64,000 bases of DNA from Naegleria gruberi (taxonomy: Eukaryota), in assembly GCA_000004985.1 (NCBI GenBank), contig GG738855.1. One strand, given 5' to 3'. Each line of letters opens with the position of its first letter. Positions within the stretch are counted from its first letter, which is position 1. This document shows, piece after piece, positions 11,686 to 20,518 of the stretch. The notes under the pieces were generated by a model. The model worked only from the letters and a program-made list of their open reading frames with translations, searched no databases and was not told the DNA's origin. The translations under genes were made by a program, and so were the position numbers.

Positions 11686-12338
11686 TTATTGATTAATTAT
11701 TTCAACTTTTGAAGATTTCTTACTATTTTTCATACTATTAATAATTTTTAATTTTCTTTCTTTTCTTAATTCTTCATCATATTCAATTTCTTCTGTATAA
11801 AAACTAATATCACTATAATTTAAATTTGATTGTTTGGAATAATTTGGAAAATAATTATTTTCTGATTCATTAAATTCTTGAATTGTTTTTGATATTTTTT
11901 CAATTTCATTATCAATAAATTCATAAATTTGTTCATGTTTTTTAAAATTAATTTTCATTGATAAAATTAAATTTAAAAATAATAATCCTTTTCTAAAAAT
12001 AGATAAGGTAGGGTTGCGCTTTCATTAATACTCAACGTAACTTTTAAAATAAAAAACTTACCCAAAAATTTTACATTGAAAATTATCATCTTCAGATTTA
12101 AAATTAATTAAATTAATTTCATCTGATAAATTTGTTTCATCAATATGTTCTCTAAAATTTTCATTTGTTGTAAAAATTAAAAATGAATTTGAATTATGAA
12201 TTATATCTTCTCCTAATTCATCTGAAATTTCACTAATTCTAATTATTTGTAAATTTTTAATTATTGAATATAATCTTCCAAAATTAATACAAATTGGTGA
12301 ATGTTTACAATTTGATTTAATTATAAATGTATCATTAT
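11686..12338 (-). CDS. Spliced gene for a small Lys/Asn/Glu-rich protein nested between the tRNA-Met halves on the opposite strand (function unknown)
   Basis: Minus-strand exons complement(12062..12338) and complement(11686..11992), joined by a canonical intron GTAAGT...TTTTTAG (11993..12061). Splicing gives ...NFQCKIFGGKGLLFLNLILSMKINFKKHEQIYEF... in one frame. A possible mini first exon ATGACAG|GTAATT at complement(12582..12588) would place the tRNA 3' half and R4 inside intron 1 (12339..12581). That first exon is speculative. Confidence 0.45.
12006..12041 (+). repeat. R-repeat copy 3, lying inside an intron of the minus-strand nested gene
   Basis: Sequence aggtagggttgcgctttcattaatactcaacgtaac. 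It sits 13 nt from the GTAAGT donor (minus strand) of intron 11993..12061. Confidence 0.6.
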
Positions 12339-12356
12339 CTTTTAAATAATAAAATT

Positions 12357-12390
12357 AGGTAGGGTTGCGCTCTTAAGTATATCAACGTAG
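12357..12390 (+). repeat. R-repeat copy 4, abutting the tRNA-Met 3' half
   Basis: Sequence aggtagggttgcgctcttaagtatatcaacgtag. Its CAACGTAG tail runs directly into the tRNA D-stem GCGCG. Confidence 0.6.
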
Positions 12391-12443
12391 CGCGTAGGTC
12401 TCATAATCCTAAGGTCGTGAGTTCGATCCTCACTGACCCCAAC

Positions 12444-12449
12444 TTTTTT
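12444..12449 (+). terminator. Pol III oligo-T terminator after tRNA-Met 3' half
   Basis: A tttttt run starts 3 nt after discriminator A. Confidence 0.6.
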
Positions 12450-12988
12450 GCTAGTTGGATCTAACAAATTCTAGAATAGCACCATTTATTGAAACAGCTT
12501 GCCATACAAATTCTCTATCTCTTTTCAAGGCATTAATCAAAATTTTGTGGTTCAAGTTTGATCGATTCCTATGCTAATTACCTGTCATATCTAAATTGCT
12601 CTCGAACAAACCTCAATACTAACCAATCCTTGAAGGAGTTCAATGTCATTTCTCAATCTTTCAAGAAATAAACTGAATGGCTAATCCAGATGATTTCAGT
12701 CTTTCAATCACTTGATGCATATGTAAACAAGAACCAGTTCCGTCTTCTAAAGATTTATATCCATTAAAGCAGGTCTCAAGGCTGAATCACCTTAAAGGTG
12801 AAACAGTCCCTGAGCTTTAATACCCATTAGTATAATTACTTGTTCTCAATCTTGTTTTTATTAATTTGCAAGGTAACATCTTCAATTCATTAGATCCATA
12901 TGAATATGATCTTGGTCTAGAATCTTATTATTCTCTGAGAAGGATTTATGTTTTGCACGATTTTGCCTTAATTGCAACATACACACCA

Positions 12989-13071
12989 GCCCGCGTAGCA
13001 GAGTGGTCAAATGCGTAAGACTTAAGATCTTATCCCGAATGGGTTCGTGGGTTCGAACCCCACCGCTGGCA
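12989..13071 (+). tRNA. tRNA-Leu(UAA), type II with long variable arm
   Basis: Acceptor GCCCGCG/CGCTGGC with one C-T mismatch. D-stem GCA/TGC with loop GAGTGGTCAAA. Anticodon stem TAAGA/TCTTA and loop CTTAAGA (TAA). Variable arm CCCGAATGGG. T-arm GTGGG-TTCGAAC-CCCAC. Discriminator A. T-rich terminator follows. Confidence 0.7.
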
Positions 13072-13091
13072 TTTCCTTTTCTTTTTTGTTT
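13072..13091 (+). terminator. Pol III T-rich terminator after tRNA-Leu
   Basis: Sequence tttccttttcttttttgttt. Confidence 0.55.
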
Positions 13092-13351
13092 TCTGTGCAT
13101 TGGTGATGTCTTTGCAACTTGAATGGAAAGTTTTCTGAATTTGAATTATATTCTTATAGACCAGATGCTTTTCCAATAACTATAATAACTCATAAAAACA
13201 GATTCCTTCCTTGAAAAAGCTTTTAATTATATTAATTTTCCAAGAGAGAATTCAAAGAGCTATTTTCTACATGGCTTGTCCATTATGATTGATTCAAAAC
13301 TCATAAGGTCTTTGCCTTAATTATATTTTCTTTATTTATTACAACAACTGA

Positions 13352-14337
13352 TTAATCTTTACTGATATACCGAATTTCACAATCTTTAAAAAAAAATGAA
13401 ATATAACAAAAAAATCTACACAATCCTTCTAAGGTATCTAGATTTGTGCAATATATATCAACCTCATTAATTAATCTCTCACCCATTAGAATGAAGGCAA
13501 TATAAACTCTCTCGTAATTCATCATAAAAAATAAATTATTACTTGATCTCTTGTCCACACTTTTTTCGAAATGGTATTTCAGCATAGAAAAGAATAAATT
13601 CTTTACCTCAGTTTCATTTTCAAAATCACAATTATCCAAATTACGTTTTGAAAATTTACCATAAATATTATTTCCAATTACAATCATTTCTTCATCCAAT
13701 CAAACATTTTTTTGGTTGATACTTCTTGTTCTTTTCCTTGAGAGGAAGAAACCATTTTGATAATACTATTTCTATAATACTATCCTGAACAATATAACTC
13801 TACTGCTGTAGTATTACCCGTATGATCATATATGGTTTCCCACCACGAAGACGTCTTTTCCTCATCCAATGAACATTTATGCAAAAATTCAACCCATGGA
13901 TGTCAAGGTTCACTCTCTATCATGTCGAGAGGAATTTTATGATTAAATATTCCCAATTTTTCATTGAATTTATACTGAGGGTCTTTCTGATAAAACGTGT
14001 TTTCCTCAATTCCGAAGGTGTAAATTTGTGCATTATTTTTACTTAATTTTACAAAACTAAGGAGTGACTTAGGAATCATCCAACCATTGTGTAGGATTTA
14101 TAAACATGTATTGATGGCTGAACAACATGAGTATTATGTCTAAATGTACACAACCTCAGCCAATAAAAAGTCATCAATTTGTTATAATAGATATATATTA
14201 TGAGTGGTAAAATATTTATTTGCCAACAGTAGATGGTGATAGTTAAAATTGATCAACAATAGTTGCTCCACAAATTGAGGATCATCCACTACTGAAGCGC
14301 TTATGAAGTTTGTCGCACAAAAACGCAATCGATTATC
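13352..14337 (-). pseudogene. Fragmented coding region (possible decayed gene): protein-like segments in a single frame interrupted by in-frame TGA and TAG, plus a frame change
   Basis: Minus-strand translation gives MIVDNRLRFCATNF... (start ~14337), then ...NGWMIPKSLLSFVKLSKNNAQIYTFGIEENTFYQKDPQYKFNEKLGIFNHKIPLDMIESEP-TGA-HPWVEFLHKCSLDEEKTSSWWETIYDHTGNTTAVELYCSG-TAG-...MVSSSQGKEQEVSTKK. The ORF 13352..13699 (LDEEMIVIGNNIYGKF...) is in another frame. No canonical introns explain the breaks. Confidence 0.3.
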
Positions 14338-14365
14338 AACAATCATTACAAAATTCTAAAAAAAA

Positions 14366-15560
14366 ATGCTCTCTTGGTTAAATGGTGATTCAGCAAATGT
14401 TTTTTCCTTTCCGTCTAAACCAGAGGTAACAATTTTGAAGGAACCACAAAGTTCTGACTCTCCTATTATTGTTGATGGTATTAAATTATTTTCATACAAG
14501 GGTTTGTTTTAATTGCATGTCATGATGGATTGACCAGTAGTATAATAACTGTAACTCTCTTTTGTATTGAAAACTTCATCAAATTAATTATCAATCATTT
14601 GATACAAACAAACAAATGGAATTACAATGTTGGTTGGTTAATGAATCATTGAAGATATACTTGCCATTCGTGAGGAAATAGCAAACGAGGAGGATTATGA
14701 AATTCTCTATGAGGAACCTGAAAATTATCGTAAAATGTTCATCAAGAAGAGAGGAGAGGGTTCAACAGGTGAAATTAAACGACACAAATATACTAGAACA
14801 AATTTTCCATCCTCTCCAAAGGAAATGTTTGTTGCTGTTAGGGATTTTGAGAGGAGAAAGAGTTGGGATGACAGACTGGAGGAGAGAAATGTCATGAGAG
14901 TTTTTAAATTTACTGATAAGGAGTAGGTTTCTTTTTGATGATTGGATAATCTTATCCTAAACCTATTTTTGTTATTACGGATCGATGTTATATTGTATCA
15001 CAATACTACTCTACTATATTAATTACTGATGATAATTTAAATTATAACTATGATGTAAATAATTATTTAGAACTGGTAAAGTTGTTATCAATTCAATTGA
15101 GAGAACTGCACATAAGGGTGCTTTTCCTGTTCAAGGAAGAGATTTCATATCTCTTACTGGTGTTGTTATTATGAATGAAAATCACTACTTGACTCGTTCT
15201 CATGCCCTCGAATACAGTTTACTTCCATACGCCACAAATGGAAATAAGAAGGAAAATCCACCTCCTCTTCCACAAGATAAATATGGACCTTCTGAGGGTT
15301 TCAATGGTTACATTAGAGGTTGTAACAAGTTTTTTGCAAATGAATGTTTTGGAAATGAAACAACAACTACTTACACAACAGTTTTAGAGACTGATGTTCG
15401 TGGTTGGGTTCCATCAACAGTTTATAATTGGTTTGTAAAATTTATTCCTGCCAATGGTGAAGTCAATCTAGGAAAAGGATTGGAATGGAGAAGGACAAAC
15501 TCAATTTCAAACGAATTGAATGATTTTTATTATAATATTGATTCACCATTGTTTAAATAG
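14366..15560 (+). CDS. START (StAR-related lipid-transfer) domain protein, 3 exons
   Basis: Exons 14366..14501, 14655..14922, 15071..15560. Donors ggtttg and gtaggt, acceptors ttgaag and tttag. The product reads MLSWLNGDSANVFSFPSKPEVTILKE...DILAIREEIANEEDYEILYEEPENYRKMFIKKRGEGSTGEIKRHKYTRTNFPSSPKEMFVAVRDFERRKSWDDRLEERNVMRVFKFTDKETGKVVINSIERTAHKGAFPVQGRDFISLTGVV...DVRGWVPSTVYNWFVKFIP. This is typical of a START fold. Confidence 0.6.
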
Positions 15561-15668
15561 TGGATTACATCCATGTAATTAATTGTATATATAGAACTAT
15601 ACTTGTAAATATATTCCTTTAAATTATTTGATTTTATAAATCAGTTTGTAATAAATTTCCGTTACAAT

Positions 15669-17363
15669 TTATTTACGATTGATAAATTTTTGAATTGGAA
15701 TTGCACCACTATCACTACCTGTTGCGATACATTTAATAAATTCAGTTGGTTCCAACATTGTAATATCACAAAAGTATTTAAATCTATTTGCAACATATTG
15801 AGCTTCCTTATATCCCATAAATTGAGTGAGATAGTCAACTTGTTGATCGTCCTCTTGGTAGCTTTGTTCCAATTTCTTCAAAAATGACTGGACAAGTAGT
15901 GAATTAATAAAGTGTGCTTCCTCAAAAAGTGTTGGGAACGCCTTAGAAAAGGTATAGCCCTTCTTCCATACTGCATTTCTCTTTTGATTACTCGAGTAAA
16001 TGTCCATATAATATTGATCATAATCCAAAATTAGATATTTCTCACTGTAGTACAAGGTTCTGAATCCTACATTATTGGAAAATACTGGCGAAACTGACAA
16101 TCCAACCATGGCAAAATTATTCTTGGTGTTACCCAAATCATTAACCTTATTGGGTTGTTGGTTTCTGAATAATCTGAATTGATCCTTATGCAAGTGACCG
16201 TACAGAATGGTGGTAATCATTTCACTATATTTTGACACAAGTGCCAAGAATTGAGATTCATACATTGGCTTCCACAATGATTTGTTATCAAATGAATTTT
16301 GACTTGCTGGAATATGGGTTACAATGTAAACAGTTACATCTCTAATTGAGAGTTCACTTCTTGCCTTTAACAATTCCATTTCCATCCAGGCAAGTTGTCC
16401 TGATGGATCACTTGGTGGCTCAGCTCCATTTGTCATATTTGGATATCTATTCGCAGAGTATAAAAGTGAATTTAAAACAAGAATAACCAACTTGGATTCT
16501 CTTCCCTGAGAAGTCTTGACAATTTCATACTTGTAATATCCACCCTTCAAGAAGGTATTTCTTTGATAGTCCTCAGTGAGTCCAAACATTTTTCCCCATC
16601 CAACAGGTCCAGTCCACAAACTTTGATACCAAGTCAAAGCTTCATTTCCATGATCAGGATCTTCAATATATGGCAAATAATAATCAGGATACAAATCATT
16701 ATTTCCAATGCATGGCAATATTGGCAAATCATAAACATTTAACTGTTTTGCCAAGGTAGATTGCAACATTTTCGTCACATCCAATGTATTTTGCAAAACA
16801 AATGATCCATTAGGCAAGTGATGAGCATTGTAATCTCCATTCATGACAATAAAATCTGGTAAAATTCCATTATGCTCCCTAATAACTTGTGCAATTTGTG
16901 AAAATGTGCTTTCCACAAGTGTCTTTGGAGCATCACATCCATATCTTCCGTACATTGCATAATCAGTAAAATTCGTATCAATTCCCTCGAAAGAAGGTGA
17001 ACTAGAATTACGAATCAAAATTTTTCTCTTTTCCTCAATAAACAAAAAATCTTGGATTTTTTGTTTGGTATTTCTCAAATGATGAAACTCTTGTTGAACA
17101 CGTTCTGGCTGATTTTCCGTAACTACTTGTTGTGGTTTTCTACAAAAGTATTGATGATTAGGAATGGTTGGATCATAGAATGGATCATAGTGAATATCAG
17201 TCATCCACAAAAAGTAACCAAATGCCGATTGTTCTCCTCCTCGTGATTTTAATGATGAGAATTTATTAACTTGTTGTGTTGTTGAACATATTGTTGAAGA
17301 AAACAACAAAATGATGAAGAAGGAGAATAAATAATTGGGTGATGATGAAACATGTTGAGACAT
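15669..17363 (-). CDS. Acid-sphingomyelinase-like phosphodiesterase (calcineurin-like metallophosphoesterase), secreted
   Basis: 564-aa ORF. N-terminal signal peptide. Metallophosphatase motifs GDYNAHH, GNNDLYPDYY, GHLHKDQF. Overall similarity to the sphingomyelin phosphodiesterase family. Confidence 0.75.
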   Translation of the reverse strand: MSQHVSSSPNYLFSFFIILLFSSTICSTTQQVNKFSSLKSRGGEQSAFGYFLWMTDIHYDPFYDPTIPNHQYFCRKPQQVVTENQPERVQQEFHHLRNTKQKIQDFLFIEEKRKILIRNSSSPSFEGIDTNFTDYAMYGRYGCDAPKTLVESTFSQIAQVIREHNGILPDFIVMNGDYNAHHLPNGSFVLQNTLDVTKMLQSTLAKQLNVYDLPILPCIGNNDLYPDYYLPYIEDPDHGNEALTWYQSLWTGPVGWGKMFGLTEDYQRNTFLKGGYYKYEIVKTSQGRESKLVILVLNSLLYSANRYPNMTNGAEPPSDPSGQLAWMEMELLKARSELSIRDVTVYIVTHIPASQNSFDNKSLWKPMYESQFLALVSKYSEMITTILYGHLHKDQFRLFRNQQPNKVNDLGNTKNNFAMVGLSVSPVFSNNVGFRTLYYSEKYLILDYDQYYMDIYSSNQKRNAVWKKGYTFSKAFPTLFEEAHFINSLLVQSFLKKLEQSYQEDDQQVDYLTQFMGYKEAQYVANRFKYFCDITMLEPTEFIKCIATGSDSGAIPIQKFINRK

Positions 17364-17792
17364 TTTTTAATAATTTAAAATTTTCAAATAACTATTTTGA
17401 AAATCTACCAATATTTTCACATGGTGCATGTGCTGAGAATGTTAATATTGCTGATATTTGAATAATTTAATTTTATTAAGGAATTTGTAAAATTTTATTA
17501 AAAATAATTAAATATTCGTTTTTAAAAGAAAAGGAGAAAATTAAGAAATAAACCCTTAACTCCTTATCTTACACAACAAAACAATCAAAATAAACACTAT
17601 TAATATTGATAATACTAATAATATATCCAGATGAAAAAGAAGAACTTTTAATATCCATTTTTGAACCTTTCCAATCTTTATGAACAAAAACAGGCTCCAA
17701 AATAAATTTTTAGAAAACTAGTCGCACAAAATGCCGACCTTAAAATATCCAAATAAGCGCAGTAAATTTGTATAAAATAAAATCATAAAAAA

Positions 17793-19166
17793 ATGCAACA
17801 ACTTAATACTAATTTATCATCTGCTACCACTGGTCAAGAGCAACCACATACTCCAAAGACACCAAAAACACCAGGTTCTTTCCCTGTTGTTGCTGCCACT
17901 GGTAAATCAAGTCAAGATGAAGCAGTTCCAATCTTTTGTAGACAATACAAGATTATTTGTAAGAATTCTATCGGAAAGGTTGTTTTGAGAGAATTCGATT
18001 CTATTGAATGTGATGGTACTGTTGTTATTGAAGGTTTGTATTTTAAAATTTGTTAAGCTTAACACAATCTTGTTAGGTTTCCCATCTGAAGAAGGAATGA
18101 CTGCTATCATGACTGCCAATTATATTATTAAACAATTACAGCTTCCATTGGTTGGTGATATTGTTTCTCCATACTTTACTCCTCTTGGTGTTGTCAGAGA
18201 TGGTTTGGTATGTTTAATACAATTAATTGCTAATTATCTAACATTTATTTTAATGATTGGACTTTATTGTGTGTTGTATAACATTTAATTGTTATTGTAT
18301 TAATCATCAATATTAAATTGATGTAAAATTTTACTATCCTACCATTCACCATGTGTTGAACAAAATAATAATCAACATGATGACAAATATTATAACACAA
18401 TGTTCTTGTTAAATTTAATTATTTAAAGCCTTCTCATGGTATTAGAATTTATGGTAACAAGAAGATTGTTGTTTTCGTTTCTGAATATGAAATCAAGGAT
18501 CCAGAAATTCAAAATGATGTCATTGATGCTGTTTATGATTTCTGTCAAAGACACAGATCCAAGTGTTTAATTTCTGTTGATGGTTTGGACATGGACCCAA
18601 CTGTTAAGAAACAACCTTCCGATGATATCAAGATTGGTATTCAAGCTGCTGGAGGTGCTGGTGAAGAAGGTGATGATGAAGAAGGAGAAGATGAAGAAGG
18701 TGATGAAATGATGAGCTTTGAAGATGAAGATGCTCCAAAGACCACAGAAGAACTTCTTAAACTTTTGGAACAAGAAGATTACAAGGAAAAGGTTTGGTAT
18801 GTTACCAACAATGAACATTATGCCAAGAAATTGCAAGAAATGAACGCTACTGTCGCAATTGAAGTTGCTTGTACAGGTATCAGTGGTGGTATTCTTGCTG
18901 AAGCTCCATTTAGAGGTGTTCCAGTTTTGAGCTTGTTCGCTCCACTCAATCGTTTCCTCAAGATTGGTACCAGAGCTAGTATTGCTCTCATTCATGCTCT
19001 TAACAAACTCATCAGTGAAGATCAAACAAGTATTCTCATTGATACTTCTGAATTGGATAAGACTGCTAAGGAATTGGAATCTAAGTTAAAGGATGTTTTG
19101 GGTAAGATGGGTGCTACTGGTGATGAAAAGGTCCCAGGTTCTGCATTCCACTCAATGTATATGTAA
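17793..19166 (+). CDS. Proteasome assembly chaperone 2 (PAC2/PSMG2)-like acidic protein, 3 exons
   Basis: Exons 17793..18033, 18077..18207, 18429..19166. Donors gtttgt and gtatgt. Segments GFPSEEGMTAIMTANYIIKQLQLPLVGDIVSPYFTPLGVV and ACTGISGGILAEAPF resemble PAC2-family motifs. Acidic D/E tract in the middle. The family assignment is tentative. Confidence 0.45.
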
Positions 19167-19457
19167 ATTTAATTGTAAAAATTGTAATTATAATTTTAAG
19201 GGAATTGTTTTTAATTCGATTGATAATCATTCAATTGAGCTCATTTTACTGTTGAATTGTTTCCATCAACATTTGATATTTGCAAATGTGAATATCGTCA
19301 TTGGAAAGGTGTGAAAACAACAATGTGATTCTCAAAATCCCTTATGTCCAAAAGCAGACCTATCCAATTTTGCCAATTGTGATTTCTTTTGACCGAAATA
19401 AGACTCGAGTATCTAGTTTAGTTTAGGTTCTCTTCAACAATTTCAAAAAAAAAAAAT

Positions 19458-20364
19458 ATGACACCACTTACTAGAGAAGACTTTTCAACCTTCACAACCG
19501 ATCAAGTGTGAATTTTTCAAACAACACAAGTGTCCAGACAGAGTGTTGAATTGTAAGTTTTCAATTTATTTGACGACTCTTAATTTCTTTCTTTTTATTA
19601 TTTATTTTGTTAATTTCTATTCGAAAGTATTGCGTGAGAAAGATTATAATGGAGTTAAAGTTCTCTCCTCCACAAAGGACGACTATTTGAAGGAGGGAAT
19701 TTCACAGGCCTCTTGTGTGCTATTGGTGAGGGAATTGGAAAAGGTTCTCAATCCAACTATTAACAATTCAGTTTCTACACAACCTGCATTGGAAACATCG
19801 GCAGAAACTAAAAAGTTATTAGAAAAAGGAATGAAATGTATGGAAAATAATGATCTCCAAGGATGTTTTAATGCCTTCTTTGATGCCTCACAGAATTTGG
19901 ATGATCCAACCATAATTACTGAATATTTTGACAAGCTATATAAGGCAGGATTCACAGATGAAAAATCGTATGCACTCCTCATGGAGTATTTTCTGATTCA
20001 GGCTGAAACTGGGGATGCATTCTCATCTAATATGATTGGACAACTTCATTGTGGATATTGTGGACATGCAAAGGAAAGTAAAAAGGCCTTATTATGGTTT
20101 GAAAAGGCAGCTAAACAAGGAGAAGTTTCTGCTCAATTCAATTTAGCTAAATTATATTTGGATGGAGATGGTGAGCATGTACCAATCGATTATTCAAATG
20201 CTCTGAAATGGTTCAGAAGAGCAGGTTTAGAAAATTCACATCCAGACTCACTTTACTACCTCTGCACAATGTATGAAAAAGGTTTAGGTGTGAGTGCAGA
20301 TTTGAATTTAGCAGAGGAATATTTTGAAAGAGCTAAAGCTTTGGGTTCAATACTTACTCAATAA
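19458..20364 (+). CDS. Sel1-like (TPR-type) repeat protein; 5' exon structure unresolved
   Basis: Main exon 19628..20364 contains Sel1 repeats (AAKQGEVSAQFNLAKLYLDGDG, ALKWFRRAGLENSHPDSLYYLCTMYEKGLGV, LAEEYFERAKALG). Region 19553..19627 is a GTAAGT...GAAAG intron that the ORF track translated through. The ATG at 19458 is not in frame with the main exon without a further unidentified splice. Confidence 0.5.
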
Positions 20365-20518
20365 TTAGAGTAAATCAGTGTAATTTATTTTCAAACATTT
20401 TTGAATACCATTATGAACACAATATTCAACCTGGGGACCAACCCAGCAAAACTCTTCCTTTATGATGATTTCAAATCTAGACATGTTTAGAGAAAATCCA
20501 AAACATCCTACTTATAAT

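Larger units (their letters stand above)
11514..12441 (+). tRNA. Elongator tRNA-Met(CAU) gene split in the D-loop by an 855-bp insertion (5' half 11514-11534, 3' half 12389-12441)
   Basis: Joining GGGGTCATGGCGCAGTCGGTA (5') to GCGCGTAGGTCTCATAATCCTAAGGTCGTGAGTTCGATCCTCACTGACCCCA (3') gives a 73-nt cloverleaf. Acceptor GGGGTCA/TGACCCC, D-stem GCGC/GCGC, anticodon loop CTCATAA (CAT), T-arm GTGAG-TTCGATC-CTCAC, discriminator A. A T6 run follows the 3' half. TTCGA in the T-loop and G1:C72 indicate elongator rather than initiator. Confidence 0.5.

Noticed and set aside
19543-19627. N-terminal MLNCKFSIYLTTLNFFLFIIYFVNFYSK of ORF 19543..20364 as a signal peptide or TM
   Set aside because: This stretch is the in-frame translation of a 75-nt intron (GTAAGT at 19553 ... 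GAAAG at 19627) whose length is a multiple of three. It is not coding.
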